Shown one piece after another: positions 48,459-61,969 of a stretch of 64,000 nt of DNA. Below the pieces are notes generated by a model, which saw only the letters and a list, made by a program, of their open reading frames with translations, did not search any database and was not told where the DNA came from. The stretch's first letter is position 1; the number at the start of each line of letters is the position of its first letter. A program made the position numbers and the translations under genes. The DNA comes from the human T2T-CHM13v2.0 reference genome, Homo sapiens, in the NCBI RefSeq assembly GCF_009914755.1, contig NC_060927.1; one strand, 5' to 3'.

Positions 48459-50945
48459 TGGGAGTGCCCCTGGGCACCTGCGAGCATCCCACCTCCTTGT
48501 TTAAGGAAGTACAGGAACCAGCCTCATTTGATTCCTTCTATTTGCACAAGTCACCTTGGACTGCAGGGAGCTGTTTTGCAAAAGCAGTTTAGTAGGCTTA
48601 GATCTCAAATTCATCTTGAGAACATTTTTTTGAGGTAGTAATTTCCTCAGAAGACTCTTGTGTTTTGTTTTGGTTTTTTTTTCTGAGCTACTCGGACTCT
48701 TTATTAGAACAATCAATCATTTTCCTTTGGACCTACAATTTTTGCCTATGCTGCAGCCACTTTGTGAGTGAGAATGAATATGTCTGTGTGAACACACAGG
48801 CATGCGTGTGTATGTGCACGTACATGGGCCAGAATGAATGGATGTGTGTGTGTGAGGGATACCTCAGATTTTTCTTTTCTTATTTTGTGTGAAAATCTCT
48901 TTTCTACAGATTTTCCAGGGTTTAAGCATTGCTTGCTGTATAAAAAACTTTACTGAATTATATACAGTTTGAATGAAATGTTATTTTAAAAACAAAACAA
49001 TTGTTAAGTGTTCCATAAAGGTTATGTTGAATTTTGGTCAGATGAATATTTGTAAGTAAAAAATATATGCATTTCTGAACCTCAACTTACATAGATTTTC
49101 TTTATATAAAAAAAAAGAAAAAAAAAGAAAAAGTTGGCTATAGTTGGCCTGATTAACAGGCACTATACATGGTGCTGTGCAAAATAGTAAGCTAGCATCT
49201 TACTGCCGTCAATATTAGCAGGTACAGAGCCTTTTTTCATCCTAATTCAGTAAGTTCTCAGGCTTCCAAGTCAAATGGAGAAGTAAAGTGAGGCAACAGA
49301 TTCACCATAGGCTTTTTGAAGCATCAAAGGGAAATATAACTACTGATAGTGAAAGCCCAGCCATGACCCAGATGGGCTTACCCTTGACAGGAACTGGGGA
49401 CCAAGAGCCTCCCAATTGCCCTAACTCCTGTCATTGGTATTAGCAATATCTGGCCAGATTTAGAACCAGTCATGGAAACTTGTGCTCAAACTAAAAGTAG
49501 GTCATCACTTCCCAGAAACAGAATACCTTGTGCTTCCTGAAACAGCATATATCACTGTGAAACTAAAGAATATTCTACAGACACCCCTGTAGAAAGAAAC
49601 AAAGAACAGGATAGTTTAGAAAGCTTTCTGTTAGCTGTATTCAGCAAATTTCATACTAGTTGCTCAGGACTGCTAGTTGGTATGCTTTTGTAAAACGAGA
49701 TTGAAATTTAATAAAAGATGCAACTAAAATCTTTCCTGCATGAAGCTAAAAGCACTCAAGTTGAGAGAGGGGCAAGGGAATCTCCCCAGGATGACTGAAG
49801 ATGACTTCTTTTTACAGCAAGTACTGTTAGCCTTTCTGCACCCCTTAGCTTGGCCCCTGCTCCAACTTCTGGGTCAGCAGCAAGGTGAACTCAACAGAAG
49901 TTGCTCTTGACTGTTTGAAGGTAGAAGCAGCCTACCTTTTCTCTTTGCTAAAAGAAGGTCAAAGGCTTCGCAACCAGGATGCAAGGTCTGCGGTCCAGAA
50001 GCTTGCGGTGAGTGTGTGCCACTGATGGAGCTCCAAGCCCACCCACCAGCCACTCCTGATGGGGTTGCTCACACTGCAGCTGCCCTATCACCACCCTGCA
50101 CGTTCCTTGGAAGATTTAAATGTTTGGTTGCAAATGAATGTTTTAAAAATGTATTTAATGCAATTTTTCCTGCTCTCAACATGACCACCCAAGATTCAAA
50201 CACAGAGACTTCCAAGTTACTATTTTTTCAGAACATCACCGATTTTAAAATCTGTCACAACAGGACTTGGTTTTGTGCAGATATCAGAGTGCTAATGTGA
50301 GAAACCCAGTTAAAAGAAAACTTAGTTTATTGGGAAGAAAGCCTCAGGCCCACTCGTTTCTAGAACTGTGAAAATATCCTTGGTTGGCATTTTTAACACA
50401 AAACACTATAGTGTTGGTATTAAATAGTACTAGGTAAATATAAAGAAACCAATAATGAATTGCTGAGACAATCTTGAACCCAAATAGCATTAGAAAGCTG
50501 AAGGCCCAATGAAATAACACTTTCACACTTAAACTCTGTGGATAAATTTTGCCTGTGGGTATAAACAGATGGTCAAATTAAAAATGCTTTACTATAATTA
50601 ACTTTTCTGATTTGAATGAAGGGAAATGTATTTATTGAAACAAAGCTGTTTGCTGCTTTATGCAGGTGCAGTGTTCAGTCAGCAAGGAAGTGGGAAGAGT
50701 GGACATGGTATTGTGTCTACACCCAAGTTCTTAACTAAGCTTCTCGCTCTAATACTGCATTCTGTTTCTCCTTTTGTGCCCTGATTGTAATCCAAAATTT
50801 ATGAACTAGAAAAGAATGTCCAATTTAATAAGTTGCATTTTTTTTTCTTTAAGCACTTTATTCAGAACAATACATGTTCTTCTGGTAGTGTTTGGATAAT
50901 ATGATTTTAACACATGCTAATAAAAGCCAAGAAAAATCATGGCAA
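48459..50945 (+). other. ARMC8: ARMC8 3' UTR (about 2.5 kb; end approximate)
   Basis: Repeat-poor AU-rich sequence after the stop; AATAAA at 49710-49715 and 50919-50924. Confidence 0.7.
50919..50924 (+). terminator. ARMC8: Candidate distal ARMC8 poly(A) signal
   Basis: AATAAA at the end of the AU-rich block, with a GU/U-rich element (gtctgttttcc) ~35 nt downstream. Confidence 0.6.
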
Positions 50946-53582
50946 CTTCTAAAAAGGAGTCTGTTTTCCAAATGTCTAGAACATTAGGAAACATCAGAAG
51001 ATAATGTGTACACGCTTTTGGAACCTGTGATTCTTGGTAAATGAAGGGCTGGGAAGTGGCTTTGCATTTCAGAGTGGGACCCAGTGCCTTAAGGTAAGTG
51101 TGGTTCCCAGAGGCATCTGCAGCAGTCTGGGGACCCCTCTCTTTTTGGCCTCCTTCTGAAGGCCAGCAGACCCTTCACAGGTGGCCACTCCCAGCCACAA
51201 GATATCCCATCCCCAATATCATGTCCACCCCCTCCATCCTCTTCTCCTTAGGTATGCCCCATCTCCACTACCACCAGCTTGCATCTCCACTACCACAGTA
51301 TGCAAGAGCTTGCTATCCCTCTGCAAGGACACACAGGTGCTCTTCGTCTACTACGCACTGCCACCTTTTCCCATCTCTGAATTGTAGGCACATCTCCTAT
51401 CTCAAGGCCTCACTGGAAACAAAGCCAAGGACACCTGCGCCAGAGTGGCGGGAGGATGATGAGGTGGCTAGCAAGAGAGGGAATAATCATGGTGGGAACC
51501 TCTGAGAGGACCCAAGGTAAGGCGAAGAGAGTAGGAGCAGGGCCAAGCAGGCCCCTGTTTCCCATAACTACCACAGGAAAACTTGGAAGTGAGGTCTAAG
51601 GAGGGAAGGGGGACTCCCACCCCAGATCTTGATGGAGGGCTGACAGAACGGTTCCAATTTCTTGCCACCTGGGGTAGGAACTGGTGCTGTCCCCATCCTG
51701 CCCCTTGCCTGTTTACTGGGCAGAGAGGCACATGTTTATTTCCAGCATGAGAGAAGGTCCAGGATCTGGCTTTAGGGAAGGCTGAGGGAACCCCCCAAGG
51801 GCCACTGAGTGGACTACTAAGCCACCTTTTCTCTATCTCTGCAGCCCCTGGCTCCTGGCTTTGGCAAGCAATCTGCCCTCAGGCTGAGTGGAGGTCCAGA
51901 GCCAGTCCTTAAAACCACCCTCCTTGACTTCATGGAGCCCAGCCTGCCCTCCTCGTCAGGCACTCACACCCAGGAGCCGAGGGATCTTAAAGCCAAAAAC
52001 AGCACCCATCCTTTACTTCCATATTTGCTTCTGTTGTGTGAAACCAGGCCTAGGGTCTCCGCCAATGAGTTCCATCCTCTGGGAGTGGGCTGATATTTGA
52101 GCCACTCTCGGGAACCCCCTTACACCCCATTCCCCTGTTCCTTATGCCATGAAACTTGTGGACTCTTAGAGATGCCCTGCAATGCTGAACCCACAGCATC
52201 CCTGAGTCACCAGTAATGGGAGGAAGGGGCATGTCACCATTCCTCCCACTCCTGCCCCATCACCTAGTGCCCCACTTTGCTTTACCACTGCCCTGCCCAG
52301 CTACTTCATCCATCACTGACACAAGAACACTCCCCGCCGACAGGCTCAGTTCCCCAACCTCATTTTCCCCTCTCTCCCCTGCTTTGGGAGGTCCTGGTGG
52401 CTCCATCTCTCATCTCACCAATGTTGGAAGATCCTTGGCTTCCCAGATTCTGGGGAGATCAGATGGCTGTCAGCTGGGTGCACCCCCTCCAAGTAGCTCA
52501 TTCAGAGCCACACACACCTGTGGTGTGGAAGCCCAGGCATAGGGCTTCTCCAAGTCGTTTGCCACTCGTGAAGTGGGCACAGACCATATGGGCCCCACTC
52601 TTGAGCCCACTCCCAAAGGGAAGAGCACAGCCCCATGGTGGGCTGTGAGTCTGGGGATCTGGAATAGTGCATCCAGCTTCCTGACAGGTCCTGTCAGTGA
52701 GGGCTCTGTTGGGCACATTGAGATCCTGTACAGGTTCCGATGAGCACTGTGGACATGTGTGTTTCCATCCAGGGGTGGCACGAGGTCCTGGGAAGGACAG
52801 TGGCCTTAAACAGTAGGGCCTACTGAAGGTCACTGGCCTTGGTTCCCAACTGTGGGGACTGACTTATCCGTGTGTCCCCTGAGCACAGAGTGTGTTGTGG
52901 TAGGCTGACGAAGTGTGATGCACCCACGAAAATGTCCTCTGGGAGCTAACTGCCCATTTAAAGAACCTCAAGTCATGGACAAAACCAGCAAGGAGGAAGA
53001 CGCTGGCATTTGCTTCGTGGTGTAGAAAATGGCCTTCTCCTCAGATAGGAAAAAGTATGCCGGCACTTGGCAAATTTACAAATAAAGTCGTTAGAGGGGG
53101 TGGCATTGTGTGCTAATAATTCCCAAGTGGTCATAATAGCTACTTTTTACTGAAATCCTGTGTCCCTCCAGGGAAGAACTGCAGAGGGATGGCTAAGCCA
53201 GGCAATTCAGTGGGAGCTGAAGGCAACCTGGCCCCACTAGGAGCTCTCAGCTTTTAAATTTAAGTGTCAGCCAGAATCAGAAGCCAGAGAAATGGGGGAG
53301 GGATGCGTCAAGAAAATTAGATGAACCCTGGTTCCAAATTTAATGTCTGAGCATTGCTTTATGAACATGCCCTGGTAATGGAGAACTGCAGATGGGGAAA
53401 TCTGGCAGCATTAAATGACTGTTGGTGTGACTTGGGCAGGCAGTGTGAGGAAGCATTTGGAGCCTATTTATATCTGCCTCGGCATCAGTGTGCCTGGAAG
53501 TGTCATAGTCAATCTTGCTGCACTGTTTTCAAGCTCATGGTTACCAAATTAAGTTCTAAAATTGTTTAATTCATAAGGTAGA

Positions 53583-53588
53583 TTTATT
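53583..53588 (-). terminator. NME9: Candidate proximal NME9 poly(A) signal
   Basis: TTTATT on +, ~620 nt past the NME9 stop. Confidence 0.4.
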
Positions 53589-53662
53589 GTTGGGGAAACA
53601 CCATCTCATATAACCCAGTATCCTCTGAGATGACACTTATATCTCACAACAGGATGTAATAA

Positions 53663-54070
<408 letters not shown>

Positions 54071-54205
54071 ATATTATTTTCATTGTCTACAAAAGACAGC
54101 TAAACCAAAAAGTATTGGTACTCAAAAGAGTAAGTTCCGATTCCGGAGGTCTGTTTTGTGCAGTAGACCCCTGGTCACGTGCTCTGGAAGAGCAGCACAG
54201 CCATC

Positions 54206-54270
54206 TCAATCCACATCCTCAGGAAAGCAAAGCGCCTCAGTGGGCCCCGCTGTTGCTTCAGCCTCACCGC
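54206..54270 (-). CDS. NME9: NME9 proximal last coding exon (G)GEAEATAGPTEALCFPEDVD*
   Basis: catcccacAG acceptor, phase 1, TGA at 54208-54206. Confidence 0.92.
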
Positions 54271-56072
54271 CTGTGGGATGACAGATGTTTGGTAGGACTC
54301 CTGAAACAGCCCTGTCCCAGACCTTCTGTCCCACCCACCATCCACAAAGAAATAGGAAGTTAAAGGTCAGAGCAGGAGGGTCAGCAAAGAAGTCCTGATA
54401 TGTGTTAGGGACCAGGAATTAAATAAATTAGAATGGATAACATTGAGCATTTAATTTGTGTCAGATGCCAGACCAAGAGCTTTACATCCTGTCTTTCATC
54501 TTCACAACAGCTCTATGATGAAGATTTTTATTATGAAGCTATTTGTGGTTATGACGAGTCTATCATTATCTCCATTTCACAGATGAGGAAACTGAGGCCC
54601 AGAAAATGTAAGTAACTTTTCAGAGGCTCTTCAGCTGGGGAATAGTGGAGCCAGGATTCAAACCCGGGATTGTCTATCACCTTGACTCCTGCCTTTTTTT
54701 AGCAGGAATAGTGCTAACTACAGTGGAGGCATATGCTGCTCCCCAAAGCTGAGAGACAGTGACATATCAGAATAAATGGGCAGAACAGCACCCCAGCCAG
54801 GCTGCCAGTGTCCAAAGGAGGCTGTGCACTTATTCCCAGGATGTGGTCTGCAGATAGCCCCTTTTCTTATCACCTGAGGCCAAAAAGTCAGTCTCATGAT
54901 CTTCCAGCACTCCCAACAGCCCAGTGAGAACTTCCCAGCCACCTGCCACAGACTTGGCTCTGAGTTACAGCCATTTGCTTCCAATCACCACCCCCCATTC
55001 CCAAAAGCTTGAAGGTGCCCCACAACCCTGGACACATAAGGAAATGCATCATGGACTCTCTGAGGGCAGGTCCCAGAGGAAAGCTGGCCTGGAGTGTCAG
55101 TGGGTCTCTGATCCACATAGAGCCACACTTCCCAAGAGTTCCTGGCTCCCCAGCCTCTGTGGCACGCTCAGCTTGTTCCTCAGCTGGCAGTGGGAATAAT
55201 TCTACTTCATAGAGCAGTGGCAAGTCCACCTATTTTGACTTGGCTGCATTTCAGATCTTGAGACCATGAGCATATCAAACATTTAGGCAAATATATTGAT
55301 TAAAACCCAAACATTTAGACACACATTTCAGATGTGAATGTGACCTCCCGAGAATCCAACCCTCACATCCTTTGGGTTTTCCCAAAATAATCATCTCCCA
55401 GCCTCTTCCACTCATTTCATGCTCAAACCAGAGACATGTAATGCAGCAGTTCCACTGGTTGTGGGGTAGACTGAGTCACATGGGCTCCGGACCCCTTGGG
55501 GTTCTCACCCAGATTTGGAGGTGGCATTGCCACCTGGCATGCCTTTCCCAGAGGCTGTCCGAATGCTTCCCATGAAGGGAAGGTCCTAAACAACGGTCAT
55601 GCATTGAAATGTGGTGTTGAGGGAGATGAAGTCACAGCAGGCTCCAGGTTGAGGGCCCTTCCGTATAGCTGCGTTTCTCAGTGAGCCCTTAGGGGCTTAA
55701 CATGGAGTGTGTGGAGCAGGTCTGGCCTCTGACTGGCTTTGAGGTAGGCTTTCAGAAAGTTAATGAAATTTTCCCAATGGTTTCCACAGGGAAATGCAAA
55801 TAAAGTACTTTTTGTAACAAAAATATGACTCCAAGATAAGCAGCAAAAAATTTAATGAGGTATTAAAAAGCAACACTGTTGCTCTATGAGAACACAAAAC
55901 AGTTTAGTATTGATAATCAAGTTATATAATGACCTGTATTTTCAGAACAGGACTGTATTAGGTTGAAGACTTAGTTACCAAAAATTATCAATCCCCCACA
56001 CACTCAAGCACATAGTTACAAATTCCTTGTATCTATGATTTAATAAAGACCAAGTCTGCCTTGATGACTTAC

Positions 56073-56209
56073 CCTGAGGGGCTTCTGTATCTTTGTCTGA
56101 AAATTTCAAACTGGGGAAGAGCAATGCCAGTTCTCTGTCAGCATCTTCTCTGTCCCGGCTTCCATGGACGGCATTGAAGGGCATTTCTGTGCCGTACTGA
56201 GCTCGGAGA
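56073..56209 (-). CDS. NME9: NME9 exon (S)LRAQYGTEMPFNAVHGSRD...DTEAPQ (NDK phospho-His motif)
   Basis: gttcccAG / CAGG|gtaagt; 137 nt; NAVHGS motif. Confidence 0.95.
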
Positions 56210-57438
56210 CTGGGAACATTGGCAAAATGTAAAAGAAACAATTGTTTCATTTGAAAAGAAATGTTTTGCTTTCTGGCAACATGATCACCGACTACCAATC
56301 AGCACCCTGCATTCCTGTGAAATTGATTTCTCTGCAGGAAATACCAAGAACAGCAGCAATGATAATAGCAGCTGGCATTTATTTGGTCATGGCAGTGTGC
56401 TGGGCACATAGCTGGGTACTTTACCTACACGATCCCATTACATTTTCGCCACAGCTCTATGAGGGAGTCTACTGTTACCCCCATTTTAAAGATGCATGAT
56501 TAATGGTGTAAGCACAGGAGCTGCCATTTTTTCGATATTACTACCAAAGGCTAGCACCATACCAAGTGCTTGATAAAGTTGTGCATAGTTATCCTTGCAA
56601 TAACCTCGTAAGATAATATTGCTATGATTTCCTGTGTGTCAAGCACTACTCGGTGAGATATATACATGTATGTATACACAATCCTGATGGATGCTCATAT
56701 CCCCGTTTTACAGTTGAGAGAACTCAGGCTGAGAAGAGACTTGCAGTGACCTAAGATCTGAATCCTGAGCTGGCTTTCACTAGCCCAGCCTGCCTCATAT
56801 ATAAATGTTCCTGGTCCCCTACACCTACAAAGTACAACTGCAGTTCCTTGGCTTCTCTAATTTCTTTCCTGTTGTCTGGGCCTGTCAGCTTCAAAGGCCA
56901 AGGTAAAGTGGATTTGGATTGCTGGCGCCAAGCTAAATACTCCCAAGTCCAAGGAGCAGGCCAAGCAAGCCCAGTGCAATGTGCAGAACAAGGTACTCAG
57001 ACTCCCGAGGGCCTCAGACACCCTGATGGGGAGTAGGTTTGGATGGCATTGAGACTACAGTGCAGATTCTCAGGCCCTGGCCCAGAGTCTCTGATTGACA
57101 GGCTTGAATGGGGCCCTAGAATCTGTATGTTCCTGGGAGTACCCTGTGGAATCCTCTGGCCGAAAAGAGAAAACAGCGACTGAGGAATGAATCCAGAAGC
57201 AGCCTTCAGAAGAGGACAGAGCAGGAAGAGGAAGCAGCTTACAGGAGGCCCTCAGCAAAGGCTGAGGACTGGAACAGAGCGGGAAGATGTCAGGGTCTCC
57301 CCAAATATATAATAGAGAGCCTGGCCATCAGAGAGTCCTCTGTGTTACCCATGATTCTAGGCTGAACACTGAGTGGGACTCAGCCTCCTGGGATGCAGGT
57401 TTTAAGATGGATGAAAGGACCACAGCTGGTGACATCAC

Positions 57439-57593
57439 CTTTCTGGCTGCTCCCTCCTGGCCACATTGGGGTCACGGGGGCCCATGACGGTTCGCCAGGT
57501 AGTGACCACGTCCTCGAAGCCCTCAGTCCTGGTGAGGATCAGGAGGTGGCTTGGTCCACTGCACATGTGATGTACCAGCTTCTCAAATGCCTC
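57439..57593 (-). CDS. NME9: NME9 exon EAFEKLVHHMCSGP...ARREQPE
   Basis: tgcctAG / AAG|gtgatg; 155 nt; NDK core. Confidence 0.95.
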
Positions 57594-58569
57594 CTAGGCA
57601 CAGGGAGGGAAAACAGTGACCAGGGCAGGAGCTGCTAGGGCCTGCAGAGGATCAGCGAGCCCATCTCACCCACGGAATGGGAGGGAGTTAGTGAGCAGCC
57701 TTGCTACCAGCCAGCATGCCCGTGGCCACTCAGCCACTGCACCCTGTCTCTGCCTGGCCACCTCTGCCTGCTGTGGAGGGTGTCAGGGATGGGTGGTAGT
57801 GATGACCTACCACACTCAGAACTCAGAATGACGAGACTTTTAAGTTGACTCATTTGGGAATAAACGTGAGATTATATAAATTAGGCAGAGACATTTAAAA
57901 GACCATATCTATGGAAATCGTGTGATGCTGGATAACCAAGGGCTGAAATATAGTTGGTACTTTTTTTCTTTTCCATGCAATGCCTCACAACCCTTCCTCC
58001 CTCTTCAAGTAACAGTACTCTGGTTTTCCTTTGGGGAACAGCCCTTACCCATTTCATTTGGTCCAAGTTTGACTGACAACCATGGGATGCCTATTCCCCA
58101 ACACACACACACACCCCTGACCTGAGAGGAAGGGTTCTGACCCAAGCTAAGCCAAGAAGACTCCCAAGCAGGTGGGTTATCAGCAGAAGCAAATGGAAGG
58201 TAGTTAGATCTGAGTTATCCAATGGCAGTATCTAAAGTGATATGCTCGAGGCTTTGCTTCGAGATCCCTAGCTTCCTTTTGTCTCCAAGCCCTTCTCATT
58301 AAACTCTCCCTTCAATTCTGTGAGTTATGGACTTTCCTTCTAATAAATTCCTTAATTCATTTCTTAGAGAGAAAACCTTTTCTTTGCAACCAAAAAACTT
58401 TACCTGATACAGCCTATTGTCATTCTGAGAATAAATTCATGACCCACTTGCTGTTCCTATTTTGGTTCTTCATAATTTCTTCTGTCACAAACTGATATCA
58501 ATCTATAAGCATAATGTTGGAGGAAGAGAAACGACAGTGTGTTGAACTTGTGGAAGTAGATGAGCTGAC

Positions 58570-58662
58570 CTCTCCAGCTTTGTGTTGGTAGAAAAGTCGC
58601 ACTTCTGCCTCTGTCATGGTTCTCTCTTCATTTGTTAGAATTTCAAACCCAGCTTCCTGAAT
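58570..58662 (-). CDS. NME9: NME9 exon IQEAGFEILTNEERTMTEAEVRLFYQHKAGE
   Basis: ttctacAG / GAG|gtcagc; 93 nt. Confidence 0.95.
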
Positions 58663-58963
58663 CTGTAGAATATATATAAATATTCTAAAAGGGTAAATCA
58701 AGCCCAAATTCACATTGATTAATTAATTTAGTTGAAAGGTAAAAAATAAAGACAGGCAACATTAAAGGCTGTGGAGACACTGATCCCCACATTATCTGTC
58801 CCAATCAGATTTAACATTTTCATTTACTTGAATGGAACTTGAGCTACAACCCCTTAGAAGTCATCTTTCTGCACTAAGATATCACTGCCCAGTGCCCCAT
58901 CCCTGTTTATCCACAAAAGAGGACACAAGGACAGTGGTGCATGGTAAGTGTTGTCTCTCTTAC

Positions 58964-59046
58964 CTTCATGATAATCTCATCAGTCTTTCCATGGGCCACT
59001 GCATCTGGTTTAATGATGGCCAAGGTACAGGTCCTCTCTGATGAAA
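58964..59046 (-). CDS. NME9: NME9 exon (V)SSERTCTLAIIKPDAVAHGKTDEIIMK (start of NDK domain)
   Basis: tttggcttAG / AAG|gtaaga; 83 nt; ERTxxxIKPD NDK signature. Confidence 0.95.
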
Positions 59047-61588
59047 CTAAGCCAAAAAATGGTGCTGTCAGATGCTGATGTTTGAGGCTCCTGAGAGGCC
59101 ATCCACAAAAAACAATGCAGCCTCTACACAAGGCTCCATTGCACCAAGTGCCAGGCACAGGCTTGGGCTCTCAGAGTTCCCTTCCCTGGCCTCTTAGTTT
59201 TGCCCCTGCAAACCTGGACTCTGGTGGATGCACCAGTCTGACTCCAGACCTGAGGCCAGACCTCAACCTCCATCTTGCTGCAAGGAACAGAGACTCAGAG
59301 ACTGGCTCAATGAACCTGGGCAGGTGGCAGAGGAGGAACATGGGGGAAGGGATTGCTCAAAGACTGCTTGGGACCAGAAATCCAGAAACAACTGAATTGA
59401 GTTGGCCTGGGGAGTGGGAAGAAGAGGAGGTATAGGAGAAAGTGAGAGGGGGGCCTGGAGCATGGGCAATACAGGCCTGGCTGCCCTCACCCTCTCATGA
59501 TTCCCAGCACTCTACCTGCTGTCTGCCACGTGCTCTCCTTTCACTCTACTGGCTCCTGTGCCTCTGATACTTTTTCCCTTTCCTGCCATGTGGCTAAAAA
59601 TGGCTCCTCCAGGCCCTGAGTCTGCATGATGTTCCATGACTTCTCAGCTCCAGCACATACTACCAGATTGCAGTTTCAGTAGTCTGTCTCCGTTCAAGTT
59701 CTCCTGAGAGAAGCCAGATTGCCCCACTCATTGGTTTTAGCCAAGGTACCAGCCCTAGCTCACTGGCCAGTCTGCTGATTGACTGCCCTTGAATAAGCAT
59801 CCACCAGTCCAATTAGCTATGACAATGAGGGAGGTGCCACAGGATCAGAGTCCACTGCTTAGTCCCACAGGAGCTGTAGGGAGGTCTGTGTCTAGTCCAT
59901 GAGCCCATCTCCATTGTCCTCCTGCTTATATTATATAAACTTGTCTTGGATGAGTTATCTACACTCTCCACAGAATCATCATTCTCCCATCACCTATTTT
60001 GTTTCTCAGCTTTTACATTGGTTGTGTTGAAATGAAACAAGACAATATCTACATTTAACGAGGGCTTCTACTCTGAAAAATCTCAAAAACATGTACTGCA
60101 AATGTATAAATCATTTCAAGCAACAAATCTGTTATTTCTTTCTGACATTACTATTTCTAACGTGTTATGAATATTTAGATTTTAAGAGAGTTTTACAATA
60201 AATTCCATTATAAATTGATTAGTGAGATCACCTAGAGGTAGAGGAAGAAGAAAAGAGACCAAAGCAGGGGCCTGGGGTGCTCCAGGTTAAAAGGGCAGCA
60301 CAAGAAAAGAAGCCAATGAAGGAGAAACTGAGGAGAGGCCAGAGACATAGAAGGAAAACAAGAAAAGTTGTGACATCTCAGAAACCGGAAGAGAAGGTTT
60401 TGAGAAGGAAGACATTGTGAACATCATCCCATTCTGCAGAAAAATCCCATAAGATATGAACTGGTAACTACCTGTTGGTGCCACCAATGAGCACCATTTC
60501 AGGGAGTAGTGAGCGCAGAGGCCAGATTGCTGCAGGTCGGGGCATGAATGGAAAGTGAAGGTGGCCTAGAGTGTGGACAAAGGAAGCTTGGCTGTGAATA
60601 AGAGGAAGGCTAAGGAAGGGTAAGGGCGGTATCTTAGATGGTTTTCTACGTGGGAGAGACTTGATTTGGGAGGAAATCATGGAGGAGGGAAGAAAGAGGA
60701 GATGATGCAACAGGGGAGCAACAAATGTCTCCTGCAGAATCACAATCACTGATTTTCTCTTCACCCTTGAAGTTTTGCTGTCCTAAACTGTGCCTTCTCC
60801 GTTGTTAGAATCCAACTCAAACAATTCTTATTCTCCACACATGTAAAAACAGCCTATTTCAAGCAATAATTTAAAAAATCTTCCTCCTCTTATCAACACA
60901 GTTCCTGAGCCTAATTCTGGTTTTCCCTCATGTCTCAGTTACCACCAAGAGACACCGTCCCAGCAACAGCCTTCCTAACTGTTAGCTTTTCTTCATTCTG
61001 TCAGGTCAAGTTGTTCTCATATGAAGGGTTCAAGAAGTACTGTGATACCCAGGAGTGTAAAATCTGCAAGTTAATATTTGGGGAACACAGGAAAGAGGTT
61101 GTAGGGCTCTGGGAAGGAAAGGTTTTCTAACATTTAAGAAAGAGGTGAAAAAAGAAGCTTGAGCTTTTTTAAAAAGTTCAAATAAGAACTAAGGAAATAA
61201 CAGCATCATTGCTTTCGATTATTGGTGTTGCTACCCTCCATTTTATTACATGCAGCTTTTTTGATGCCTGGTAATTGCGATGAAAGTCACACGTGTTATA
61301 TTTGAACATAAAATGCTGTGAAATGTGCCCAAAATGCTGATAAAGATCCAAAAAGATATTTGACACAGTATGTTTGAAGTCAAGTGACTGGAGACAAAAT
61401 ATTTTATGGTTAAGCTTCCCAGAGTCTTTCCAATTTATCTAGCAACAGGCTTCTCAATAGAAACTATATAGGCCAGGAGGCAGTGGAATGACATTTCCAA
61501 AATACTGAAAGAAAAAAAAAAAAAAAAAAAAAAAACTGTCATCCAAGAATACTGTACCCAGCAAAGCTATCCTTCAAATATGAAGGCA

Positions 61589-61882
61589 GGCCAGGCATGG
61601 TGGCCCAGCACTTTGGGAGGCTGAGGTGGGCAGATCACCTGACATCAGGGGTTCAAGACCAGCCTGACCAACAGGGCAAAACCCTGTTTCTACTAAAAAT
61701 ACAAAAAAAAAATTAGCTAGGTGTGGTGGCACATGCCTGTAATCCCAGCTACTGGGGAGGCTGAGGCAGCAGGAGAATCACTTGAACCCAGGAGGCAGAG
61801 GTTGCAGTGAGCCAAGATTGTGCCACTGCACTTCAGCCTGGTTGACAGAGTGAGACTTCATCTCAAACAAAAAAAAAAAAAA
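61589..61882 (+). mobile_element. Alu (AluS-like)
   Basis: Sense Alu inside L1. Confidence 0.93.
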
Positions 61883-61969
61883 GAAGGAATGCCTAAGGAA
61901 ATCTTTAATCTGAAAGAAAAAAATACTAATATGCAAAAAGAAGACATTTGAGGTATAAAACCCACTGTT

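Noticed and set aside
49107-49132. A-rich run in the ARMC8 3'UTR that looks like a poly(A) end
   Set aside because: Genomic A tract without a canonical AATAAA; a likely internal-priming artefact
55510-55585. Possible - strand cassette exon in the last NME9 intron (gttgtttAG ... TGG|gtgaga)
   Set aside because: Weak pyrimidine tract, frame incompatible with the next exon, no NDK similarity
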